Shown in pieces: positions 7,789 to 15,301 of a stretch of DNA of 17,017 nt. Made by a program: the position numbers and the translations under genes. The notes beneath the pieces are model-generated. The model worked only from the letters and a program-made list of their open reading frames with translations. It was not told where the DNA came from and did no database searches. Source of the DNA: Candidatus Poribacteria bacterium. Its GTDB lineage: Bacteria > Poribacteria > WGA-4E > UBA9662. The DNA lies in the NCBI GenBank assembly GCA_046582655.1, contig JAYGDX010000133.1:1-17017 (forward strand), read 5' to 3'. Each line of letters opens with the position of its first letter. Position 1 is the stretch's first letter.

Positions 7789-8589
7789 CTAGTGCAACTG
7801 CCACTTTAGTTTAGCCCAAGTGATGGATAAGCGTCCAGTAGGGTCAACCGCCATGAAGTCACCTTCCATGACAGTTTTGATTTCAGCTTCGTTTAAAGCG
7901 CGATTAAAGATGGCCACCTCATCAATGACTCCATTGAAGAAGCGTTTAGCATCTTCATTGAAGTCTTGTCCGATTTTTAAGGTAGTCTCGTTATCAAACA
8001 GGGTTTTGGTTGCCGTGGCTTTGCTGTCGTTGGCTAGTTTGCCATCTACATACATCCTGAGAAAATCGCCCCCTTTAAAACTGATGGCGGCATGATGCCA
8101 TTGACCATCCTTCAGAACTGCTTCGCTATGGACATCAGTAACGCTAACTCCTGGCTGAAACTGACCATTGGATGAGACCTCAGTTGAAAGGGCGCCCGCG
8201 AGATCATGGTGCAGGCGCAAATTGTAGGTGCGCTGACCACCAGGCCCCCAGTATTTAGAGATAATGCCGCGCGTATTATCGTACTTGTCGGACATGAACC
8301 ATGCCATATAGGAGATTTCTTTGGCCGGATTCAAGGTTGCGCTATCCTCCACCTCGACGAAGTCGCCTACTTTGCCGCCGAACTCCAAAGCCGTTCCGTA
8401 TTTTCCCTTAGCCCATTTGGCACCGCCTTTTATTTTCCCATCATTACCATTATTGGATTCATCTTTGACGACCTTACCGGCGTTTTCGCTAAAGGTGAAA
8501 TAAAGCACACAAGCATCTTTCTGGGCCATGGTATGTAGGCTGAAAACGGCTATCACTAAGCCCATAATCAAGATTCTGAAATATGGCAT
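7789..8589 (-). CDS. Secreted LamG-like jellyroll protein (paralog 2) with conserved C-terminal tail
   Basis: Signal peptide, LYFTFSE..DESNNGNDG, GKYGTALEF, WHHAAI, MYVDG and FNGVIDEVAIFNRAL. Tail AVDPTGRLSITWAKLK. AAGGA RBS. Confidence 0.9.
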   Translation of the reverse strand: MPYFRILIMGLVIAVFSLHTMAQKDACVLYFTFSENAGKVVKDESNNGNDGKIKGGAKWAKGKYGTALEFGGKVGDFVEVEDSATLNPAKEISYMAWFMSDKYDNTRGIISKYWGPGGQRTYNLRLHHDLAGALSTEVSSNGQFQPGVSVTDVHSEAVLKDGQWHHAAISFKGGDFLRMYVDGKLANDSKATATKTLFDNETTLKIGQDFNEDAKRFFNGVIDEVAIFNRALNEAEIKTVMEGDFMAVDPTGRLSITWAKLKWQLH

Positions 8590-8695
8590 TGTTTTTTTCC
8601 TTAAGTTAGAATTTATTTTGATCTGAATTAGCGTTTCCCAAGAAATTGTTAATTTAGTGGAAGATTATCCTCTACTGCCCACTGAAGAAAAAAAT

Positions 8696-8724
8696 ACTGT
8701 AGTGCAATATATCGAAAATATCAA
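8696..8724 (-). promoter_or_regulatory. Predicted sigma70-type promoter for the LamG2-PhyH2 unit
   Basis: Minus strand TTGATA (plus 8719-8724), 17 nt, TACAGT (plus 8696-8701), within an AT-rich intergenic region. Confidence 0.45.
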
Positions 8725-8873
8725 GAGAATATATTTATTATTGTTAAGTTTAAACATACACGATGTTCTTCAAATACTCAAAAAAGTTTAAAGAAAATGT
8801 GCGAACTTGGGTCAGAGGTCTTATTCAAGCATATTACAACGGATTTTGTTTTCAGCAGCTATGTAGAGACACT

Positions 8874-9605
8874 TTAACGTAAGGATGGTGTCAATTCTTG
8901 AATGTCTGTTCGAAAGACCCAGGTGCCATTTTTAACGTAGTGGATGGCAAAGGCTCTACGTATGCGGTCGAGGGATCGATTAGCATAGGAACCATGAATT
9001 GTCAATCCGGTAAAGAAAACACCTCCACCACGAGGGACCGTTAACTTCAGGATTTCGTCTGGTTCGACGTCCTCCATTTCAAATGAGTGTAAACGCTCTG
9101 TCCATTGTTGTCCATTCTGGTCTTGCATCTCATAATCTGTTTCCCAACTGGCGTGTTCTGAACTGTTGAGATTCTTATGAGCACTTTGCAACCCTTTAAG
9201 ATGACTGCCGGGAACAACGCACAAGCCACCGTTTTCCGGATCCGTGTCATCCATAGCAACCCAACAGGCCATCAGCGTATTGGGTTCATTCTTGATGTAA
9301 AGTGTATCCTGATGTATGGCTATGCCTTGACCTCCATCCGGTTTTTTGTTGAGATACATGCTTTGGACAATTTGGGGATCGTCGTTAAGAAGTTGGCGGG
9401 TAATACCTGTAATGTTTGGGTGGGTAGCCAAGTATTGCCATTGTGGATCAGCAGTATGTGTACGGAGCCCTTTTTGCCAATCTTCAGGTTTAGGTTTGGA
9501 TTCGTGATTAAGAAAATCTGAAACTTCCTGATCGGTCAGCAGATTTTCTACTATGAGAAAACCATCATTATGATATTGGTTGATCTGATCCATTGAAATT
9601 AACAT
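8874..9605 (-). CDS. PhyH-family Fe(II)/2OG dioxygenase (paralog 3)
   Basis: YHNDGFLIV, QSMYLNK..IHQD, ENGGLCVVPGSH and IHGSYANRS...RR. I moved the start from TTG 9635 to ATG 9605, which has GGAG 8 nt upstream. Confidence 0.9.
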   Translation of the reverse strand: MLISMDQINQYHNDGFLIVENLLTDQEVSDFLNHESKPKPEDWQKGLRTHTADPQWQYLATHPNITGITRQLLNDDPQIVQSMYLNKKPDGGQGIAIHQDTLYIKNEPNTLMACWVAMDDTDPENGGLCVVPGSHLKGLQSAHKNLNSSEHASWETDYEMQDQNGQQWTERLHSFEMEDVEPDEILKLTVPRGGGVFFTGLTIHGSYANRSLDRIRRAFAIHYVKNGTWVFRTDIQELTPSLR

Positions 9606-9716
9606 GGTTGGTGCTCCCTGATTTCCTTTAAGCAACTTGGTTGCTTCATCATAGATGCTTCCAATTCGATAGCGATGTGCCTTGAGATTTGGTATCGATC
9701 ATGTCGAAAGTGCAGA

Positions 9717-11183
9717 CTATGGTGAGATTTGTTCTAATAGACTGAAGCACGTTTCTCCATTAACCAGCTTATGATAAAATCTGTTGATCCTCGTCATGAA
9801 ATCCTGATTTTTGCTTAGATCAACCTGCTGAGTTCCTGATGGCGGTGTCCAGTGATTTGTGTTTGCGAATATTTGTTGCATTCGAGTTTCAACGTCTGAT
9901 AAGTTGGTACCGAATGCTTCGTTTAACGTGTCTTGAATCGCTCTATTTGGATCTTTAATCTCATAGTTGATGCCAAGGTCAGTTTTTCCAGTATATGTTT
10001 GATCCTTGGTGTTTACAGGTGTTAGGAAACGTAGGACAGTAGCGACTGAATAGGCGAATTCATCTTTGAAGGAATCTGTTGCGCTATGGTAGTTAGGCGA
10101 TTTAATGATGTCAGCAGCACGTTCGCGCAGCTTTATCGTTTCAATGATATTGATTCTAGCGTTGCTATCTCTCATCTGGCGGATTCGATTGATAAATTCC
10201 CAGCTGTAATTGTGTGCGCTTCGGCCAGGAATGGGGATGTCCGCATCGACAATCTTGGCATATCCATCCATCAGTCGCTCGAGATGGGGACCAAAAACGC
10301 CATGATTGGCAGCATCATTAACCGTCTCAATTCCTGATAACATCCCTTTGTGTGTTATGCCTGGAACATGAACCGAGTTGATTAACAGTAATTTCCAGTC
10401 GTGATGAGGATCGATACTTTCTATTGTGACCACAACACCTGAGCCTGTTAAGTCAGCGAACGGTACGCGCAACATCTGGTGTTCGTCTTGGATAACCAAG
10501 CATATTGATGGCATCTTCTCTGTATAAGTAATCAGTTCATCCTGCTGGCCGATGCGTTCAGCTGCTTCCTGCCGCATTTCTTCCGGCACATCTTGGGATT
10601 GCGGGACGATCCGATCTCCCATTTCGTCAAGAAATCCGACATTTTGTGACAACCAATCACTATATTTGGTTGACCTTAGCGGATACTCGTTGATCAGAAT
10701 GTTCTGTATAATATGGCCGTTGTTTCGGATATTATCGGTGTTGATGACGCAGATGGTGCTGTCTATCCCGTGGCGGCTAAAATATCGAAACAACGTTTCA
10801 TCGAGCACATCCATCGCCATCTCACCTGGGGCGATACCTGCCTCGGTTACGCCCACTAGGATAAGGTCAAGTTCCGTTTCAGTATGGGCATAAAAGACTT
10901 CACGCCCTGATTCTGAAGCGAGTGTGGTGGCGCCCACGACGCTCTCAATCCGCTGAATGTCCTTGATACCTTCAAGATCAAAGACCACAACATGGTAAAT
11001 CCCTTGCTGTTGGTTGAAGGCCTCCGCCTTTTCTGAGCCACGGGGTTGTCCGATAAAAATACCCCCATGATAGATTTTGCGTTGATTGAGTTGATGGACA
11101 AATTCATGGGTTAATGCTCTTTGCAGACCACCTGCACCGATGGCGAGTATTTTTACTGGTAACTGATCGAGAGTTTTTGGCAC
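9717..11183 (-). CDS. Mannitol dehydrogenase family, altronate/tagaturonate oxidoreductase (UxaB)-like, divergent
   Basis: ILAIGAGGLQRA, QQGIYHVV, TEAGI, NNG, DRIVP and K-x4-N-x2-H (KLLLINSVH) line up with UxaB motifs. The likely start is GTG at 11183 (488 aa), which removes the overlap with the Rieske gene. Confidence 0.75.
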   Translation of the reverse strand: MPKTLDQLPVKILAIGAGGLQRALTHEFVHQLNQRKIYHGGIFIGQPRGSEKAEAFNQQQGIYHVVVFDLEGIKDIQRIESVVGATTLASESGREVFYAHTETELDLILVGVTEAGIAPGEMAMDVLDETLFRYFSRHGIDSTICVINTDNIRNNGHIIQNILINEYPLRSTKYSDWLSQNVGFLDEMGDRIVPQSQDVPEEMRQEAAERIGQQDELITYTEKMPSICLVIQDEHQMLRVPFADLTGSGVVVTIESIDPHHDWKLLLINSVHVPGITHKGMLSGIETVNDAANHGVFGPHLERLMDGYAKIVDADIPIPGRSAHNYSWEFINRIRQMRDSNARINIIETIKLRERAADIIKSPNYHSATDSFKDEFAYSVATVLRFLTPVNTKDQTYTGKTDLGINYEIKDPNRAIQDTLNEAFGTNLSDVETRMQQIFANTNHWTPPSGTQQVDLSKNQDFMTRINRFYHKLVNGETCFSLLEQISP

Positions 11184-11208
11184 AATTCGCTCTTTCTTAA
11201 TTTCAGGT

Positions 11209-11772
11209 CTATAGGTTTTCCAAAGCAACCATATCCCCATCAATGGTTGCTTTAAAATGTACCAACGGTCGGTTGGCTGGTCCTTTAGTGACCTCTCCCG
11301 TCAATTTAAAGCGAGACCCGTGAAGAGGGCAGATTAGTAGTCTTTGATCTTCATCATATTTAACTGGTTCTCCCTGATGAGTACAATTGATGGTATTGGC
11401 GTAGACAGTGTTTTCGTCAGCTCTGACTAGCAGGATTGTCTCTTTTACCCCAAGCGCTTTTAGTACTGCTTTGTCTGTAACCTTCTGGTTGCCGCCAACT
11501 TTTTTCAACTGGTTACTCATTTTTACTGATGGGCCCTTGGGGGCTCCAGCAACGGGATCGGTAACGGGTGTTTCTTCTCCAATAGGTTCCTTTGTAGAAG
11601 TTTGTTCTTTCAGGAGTGATTGTATTAGACCCGGGTCGTCCTCACTACTGCAACCTATGATGGTCACAACGCAGGTGCCAGCGGCAAGTGTCGATGATTT
11701 TTTTAGAAATCTTCGCCTGGTCATTTCATCGTTAGTTTTCTGGTGGGTAAGTTGGTTTGGTTGGATATTCAT
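11209..11772 (-). CDS. Tat-exported lipoprotein with a Rieske [2Fe-2S] domain
   Basis: TRRRFLK twin-arginine motif, hydrophobic stretch ending IIGC (lipobox-like), low-complexity linker, and Rieske boxes CTHQG and CPLHGSRF. An alternative ATG start lies at 11724. Confidence 0.88.
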   Translation of the reverse strand: MNIQPNQLTHQKTNDEMTRRRFLKKSSTLAAGTCVVTIIGCSSEDDPGLIQSLLKEQTSTKEPIGEETPVTDPVAGAPKGPSVKMSNQLKKVGGNQKVTDKAVLKALGVKETILLVRADENTVYANTINCTHQGEPVKYDEDQRLLICPLHGSRFKLTGEVTKGPANRPLVHFKATIDGDMVALENL

Positions 11773-11841
11773 ATTATGAGTTCCATAAGTAAAAAATTAA
11801 GTATTAGGTTACCCGATATCGATGCCAAAACCGATGTTGTG

Positions 11842-11850
11842 ATTATAGCA
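11842..11850 (-). promoter_or_regulatory. Extended -10 promoter element for the Rieske/UxaB-like/PhyH3 unit
   Basis: Minus strand TGCTATAAT (perfect TGn-TATAAT) about 70 nt upstream of the ATG at 11772. Confidence 0.55.
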
Positions 11851-11957
11851 CATTGGGTTTGAAGAACATGCATCAAATATGTTGCTCGTAAATTTTACTT
11901 GACTCTAGGGTTGTTCTGGAAGAGAATGAATAAAATTGGATTCTGAAAAGGTATTTA

Positions 11958-12899
11958 ATGTCGAAAAATAGTATTCCCACGTTACCGCGTCGTCGATTAG
12001 GACGGACGGGACTGATGATTCCTGTTGTCCCATTTGGAACGCAGGGATTTGGAAACAACTTTGGTTTCGTTGAAGATGAAAAAGCGGTTGATCTAATCGT
12101 GCACGCGATCAGCTTGGGAGCAAATCACTTTGATACAGCTCGATGCTACGGAGATTCGCAACGAAAGCTAGGTTTAGCCATGAAGGAGATTGCACGAGAA
12201 GAAGTCATCATCACAGCAAGGGTTTGCCACCATTCTGCTGAAAAATGGGGTGGTTACGGCTCAGGCCGTCCAGATTATTCGGCTGAACGAATTATTGCTG
12301 ATGTGGAGGATCAACTGGAACATATGGGGATCGGCTACTTCGATGGTATGATGATTCATGATCCTCCTGAAATTGAGCCGACACTTGAAAAAGGCGGGTC
12401 TTTTGAAGGTCTGCTAAAGTGTAAAGACCGTGGACTGGTACGCAACGTTGGTTACGGTATGCGTCCACACGATTTTCATTTGACAACGATTGCAACCGGG
12501 GAGGTTGATTTCCTCCTTTGTTTCAACGATTTCAACCTAGTTCGTCAAACTGCAGCGGATACCGTTCTTCCTGCGGCAAACCAGGCGGATGTTGGTGTGA
12601 TGAACGGCTGGTCAATCCTTCGTGGATTGTTGACAGGAGTTGATATCGACGCTGAAGTTGAAAGGGGACGATGGAAAAACGACCCCGATTTAATCCCAGC
12701 CAGAAAAATTTGGTTATGGTGCCGAGAACATGGCGTCAGTTTGATTCAGCTCGCGTTACAGTTTTGTTTACAGGATCAACGGGTACACGGCAATAATATT
12801 GGATCCCTCAATATCGAGCAACTTGAAGCCAACCTAACTGCGGCAGCTACGCCACTGTCTGACGAAGTCTGGGAAAAATTTAACGCACAGGAATTTTAA
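11958..12899 (+). CDS. Aldo/keto reductase (resembles sugar 1-dehydrogenase-type AKRs)
   Basis: RRLGRTG, FDTARCYG, DYSAE, IHDP and QLALQF. Arg occupies the usual catalytic Lys position (IITARV). Confidence 0.9.
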   Translation: MSKNSIPTLPRRRLGRTGLMIPVVPFGTQGFGNNFGFVEDEKAVDLIVHAISLGANHFDTARCYGDSQRKLGLAMKEIAREEVIITARVCHHSAEKWGGYGSGRPDYSAERIIADVEDQLEHMGIGYFDGMMIHDPPEIEPTLEKGGSFEGLLKCKDRGLVRNVGYGMRPHDFHLTTIATGEVDFLLCFNDFNLVRQTAADTVLPAANQADVGVMNGWSILRGLLTGVDIDAEVERGRWKNDPDLIPARKIWLWCREHGVSLIQLALQFCLQDQRVHGNNIGSLNIEQLEANLTAAATPLSDEVWEKFNAQEF

Positions 12900-12901
12900 G
12901 T

Positions 12902-13708
12902 ATGTCACAAGAGAAAACGAGAAGTCATCGGGAACAGTATCAAGTAGACGGGTTTTTTATTCAGACAGATTCCATTATTCCGCTGGATCTAGTTCAACGG
13001 GCGAGCCAAGGGATGGATCAGCTCCGTGCAGGACATTACGAAACCAACATCCCACCACATTCGTCGCATTGGAATCCGGGAGATAATCCCAAGGAACTAT
13101 GTAAAATTGAGATGCCACAATTTGCTAATCGGGCAATTATGGATCTGGTCAGTTATCCGGCAATTGGTGAGTTAGCGGCAGAGTTAACTGGTGCTGAGTG
13201 GGTACAGGTGTGGTGGGTACAGTTACTGGGTAAACCACCGGCTGATTCAGGTGGCCAAACTAATGTCGGCTGGCATCAAGACCGAAATTACTGGGGAAGT
13301 TGGGAGCAAGGAAGTCAACTCTTCACTGCTTGGGTAGCGGTCAGTGATGTGACTGTCGATTGCGGGCCGATGAAATTTGTTCGTGGTTCATCTAAGTGGG
13401 GTGTTTTAGAGGGTAGCGATTTTTATGGCCAAGATCATCAGGCACAACAGTCTGCTATTCAAGTGCCGGAAAGGGAAAAGTGGGAAGAGGTGGCGGCTAT
13501 CCTTCCACCTGGTGGCGTTAGTTTTCACGATAACTTGACTTTTCATGGCAGTGGTCCAAACCTGTCAAATAGCATGAGGCGCAGTTTCGCTATCCATCTT
13601 CGTACCGAAAAATCACGTCCCGTCGATGGTAAACGTCAAGGTTTGACCTCGTCTATTGATGATTATAGTCATTGTCCGGTTATTTACGGAGAAGTTTCCA
13701 ACAAGTAA
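12902..13708 (+). CDS. PhyH-family Fe(II)/2OG dioxygenase (paralog 4)
   Basis: YQVDGFF, LLGKPP..WHQD, FTAWVA and TFHGSGPNLS..RRS. Only 2 nt separate it from the AKR stop. Confidence 0.92.
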   Translation: MSQEKTRSHREQYQVDGFFIQTDSIIPLDLVQRASQGMDQLRAGHYETNIPPHSSHWNPGDNPKELCKIEMPQFANRAIMDLVSYPAIGELAAELTGAEWVQVWWVQLLGKPPADSGGQTNVGWHQDRNYWGSWEQGSQLFTAWVAVSDVTVDCGPMKFVRGSSKWGVLEGSDFYGQDHQAQQSAIQVPEREKWEEVAAILPPGGVSFHDNLTFHGSGPNLSNSMRRSFAIHLRTEKSRPVDGKRQGLTSSIDDYSHCPVIYGEVSNK

Positions 13709-15252
13709 AGATGGAATCCTTCGTCGCTAATTGTTGATCCAGTAAAATGGGTGATTTTTTCGATTCCGTTCTGTTTTATTAAGGGCTCAGGTAAGCCTCG
13801 GTTGAGGATGATTAAGACTTGATCCTTCTGGAGATCCTTGGCTTTTTGAATCACCTGTTCATCTGAAACGCCATTGACGCGTTTGTTATCCCATCTGACA
13901 AATGATCCAGGACGATTGCCACGCATATAGTAGATCTGCTTGGGATATTCAAGGTATCCAACCACTGTGCTAACTGCGTAGTCCATATCACCGATAATGG
14001 GCATGAAATTCATGCTCCGTTCGATGATGTATTGTGCCGTCTGCCTGCCATGGGAAAAAACGTGTTCCTGATCCAGGCGAACAGCACGGATACCGCCAAA
14101 CGTATGTACCACTAAAATCAGAGTAAGAATCGGGGGAAGTGATTTTTCCCACCAGCGGCATAGACTATTGAGCGGTTTGAAAAAAACAATCTGGTCACAA
14201 TCACAAGAGATCCAGACAGCCATCAAAAAAGCAATGAATAAAAAGCCGTGGTGTCGAATACCTCCAAAATATTTCGTGTAGAAAAAAGCTAGCAGACCTA
14301 AAGTGGCTGAAATGTAGATCAGTAAAGCGGTTGGTTTTCTGAGCAGTGAGACTATAGCCCAGATGAAAATGGCGACCGAGATCTGCAGATTCCAGTTTTG
14401 TATGGCTGGAACCTGCTCGATCCAACGAGATCCCCAGAAATGCATTTGGGTTGCCGGAATAGGAAAATACGCTCGCGTTGTTATCTTGATAACATTTTTC
14501 AGGTGGTTGAGATCAAAATTTGTTTTCCAACCGACAGCAAATCCAGTGTCCGGTGGCGGATTGAGTTGCAATACGGCTGTTAGTATACCTACCCCCATTA
14601 TGCCGAACCCCACCCAGATTTGCCTTTCGATAGTGTCTCCACTATTAACCAACTGTTTTCGATTGAATATGTATTCGAAGCCAAGTCCGATTGCAATACA
14701 AATAACAATGATTAAGGCGTGGACACTGGTGTGACTGGTTAGAAACAAGGAAATACTGATTGGAATAATTCGCTGATATCGGTTTCGGAACAAGATACAG
14801 AAAATACAGATCAATAGCAATCCGATTCCGTAGTTTCGGCAAACAATTCCGTATTCGTAAAGCACAAAATATCCAAAAGAAAAGAGAATTTTCTGCAACG
14901 GTGTGAAAGGCGAATACCGAGCGAAAAGGAAAACGGTTGTAGCGGCTATCAGCAGATGTACTGCCTGCATACCTTCTGGTGCGTGTGTAATCCAAGTCAA
15001 CGGCATCAACAATAGATGCCATAATGGCGGGTGTCCTTCGTACTTCATGTGTCTTAGGAGGTCTATCGGTCCAGTACTGTCGCGAGCTAATAGCCATGCT
15101 TGGATCTCGTCACGCCACATTTCGTGATAGCTCGCTCCAATTCCACCGACAACTAGAAAGGCTGCAGTGAGCGCTAATGAAAAAAGGGGTGTTTGATCAA
15201 TATTTTGGTAACGATTAAAAACGGGAAGAATTCTGGATTTGCCTTGATTCAT
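13684..15252 (-). CDS. Polytopic membrane protein, probable GT-C fold glycosyltransferase (PMT/ArnT-like)
   Basis: First TM helix followed by HEMWRDE (acidic DE loop) and YEGHPPLWHLLL, then many TM helices and a soluble C-terminal domain. Confidence 0.6.
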   Translation of the reverse strand: MNQGKSRILPVFNRYQNIDQTPLFSLALTAAFLVVGGIGASYHEMWRDEIQAWLLARDSTGPIDLLRHMKYEGHPPLWHLLLMPLTWITHAPEGMQAVHLLIAATTVFLFARYSPFTPLQKILFSFGYFVLYEYGIVCRNYGIGLLLICIFCILFRNRYQRIIPISISLFLTSHTSVHALIIVICIAIGLGFEYIFNRKQLVNSGDTIERQIWVGFGIMGVGILTAVLQLNPPPDTGFAVGWKTNFDLNHLKNVIKITTRAYFPIPATQMHFWGSRWIEQVPAIQNWNLQISVAIFIWAIVSLLRKPTALLIYISATLGLLAFFYTKYFGGIRHHGFLFIAFLMAVWISCDCDQIVFFKPLNSLCRWWEKSLPPILTLILVVHTFGGIRAVRLDQEHVFSHGRQTAQYIIERSMNFMPIIGDMDYAVSTVVGYLEYPKQIYYMRGNRPGSFVRWDNKRVNGVSDEQVIQKAKDLQKDQVLIILNRGLPEPLIKQNGIEKITHFTGSTISDEGFHLYLLETSP

Positions 15253-15301
15253 CTTTGGTGGATTTACAAACGCGGATTCTGAATAATTATGGTGGGCACA
15301 G

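Noticed and set aside
9606..9635. TTG start for PhyH3 at 9635
   Set aside because: The ATG at 9605 has a well-spaced GGAG and gives a typical PhyH N-terminus.
11184..11243. N-terminal extension of the 508-aa ORF (MMGIWLLW...)
   Set aside because: It overlaps the Rieske gene 3' end, and family similarity begins only after the GTG at 11183.
11899..11927. Plus-strand promoter TTGACT-17-GAGAAT for the AKR gene
   Set aside because: The -10 lacks its first T. It is plausible but not supported well enough to list.
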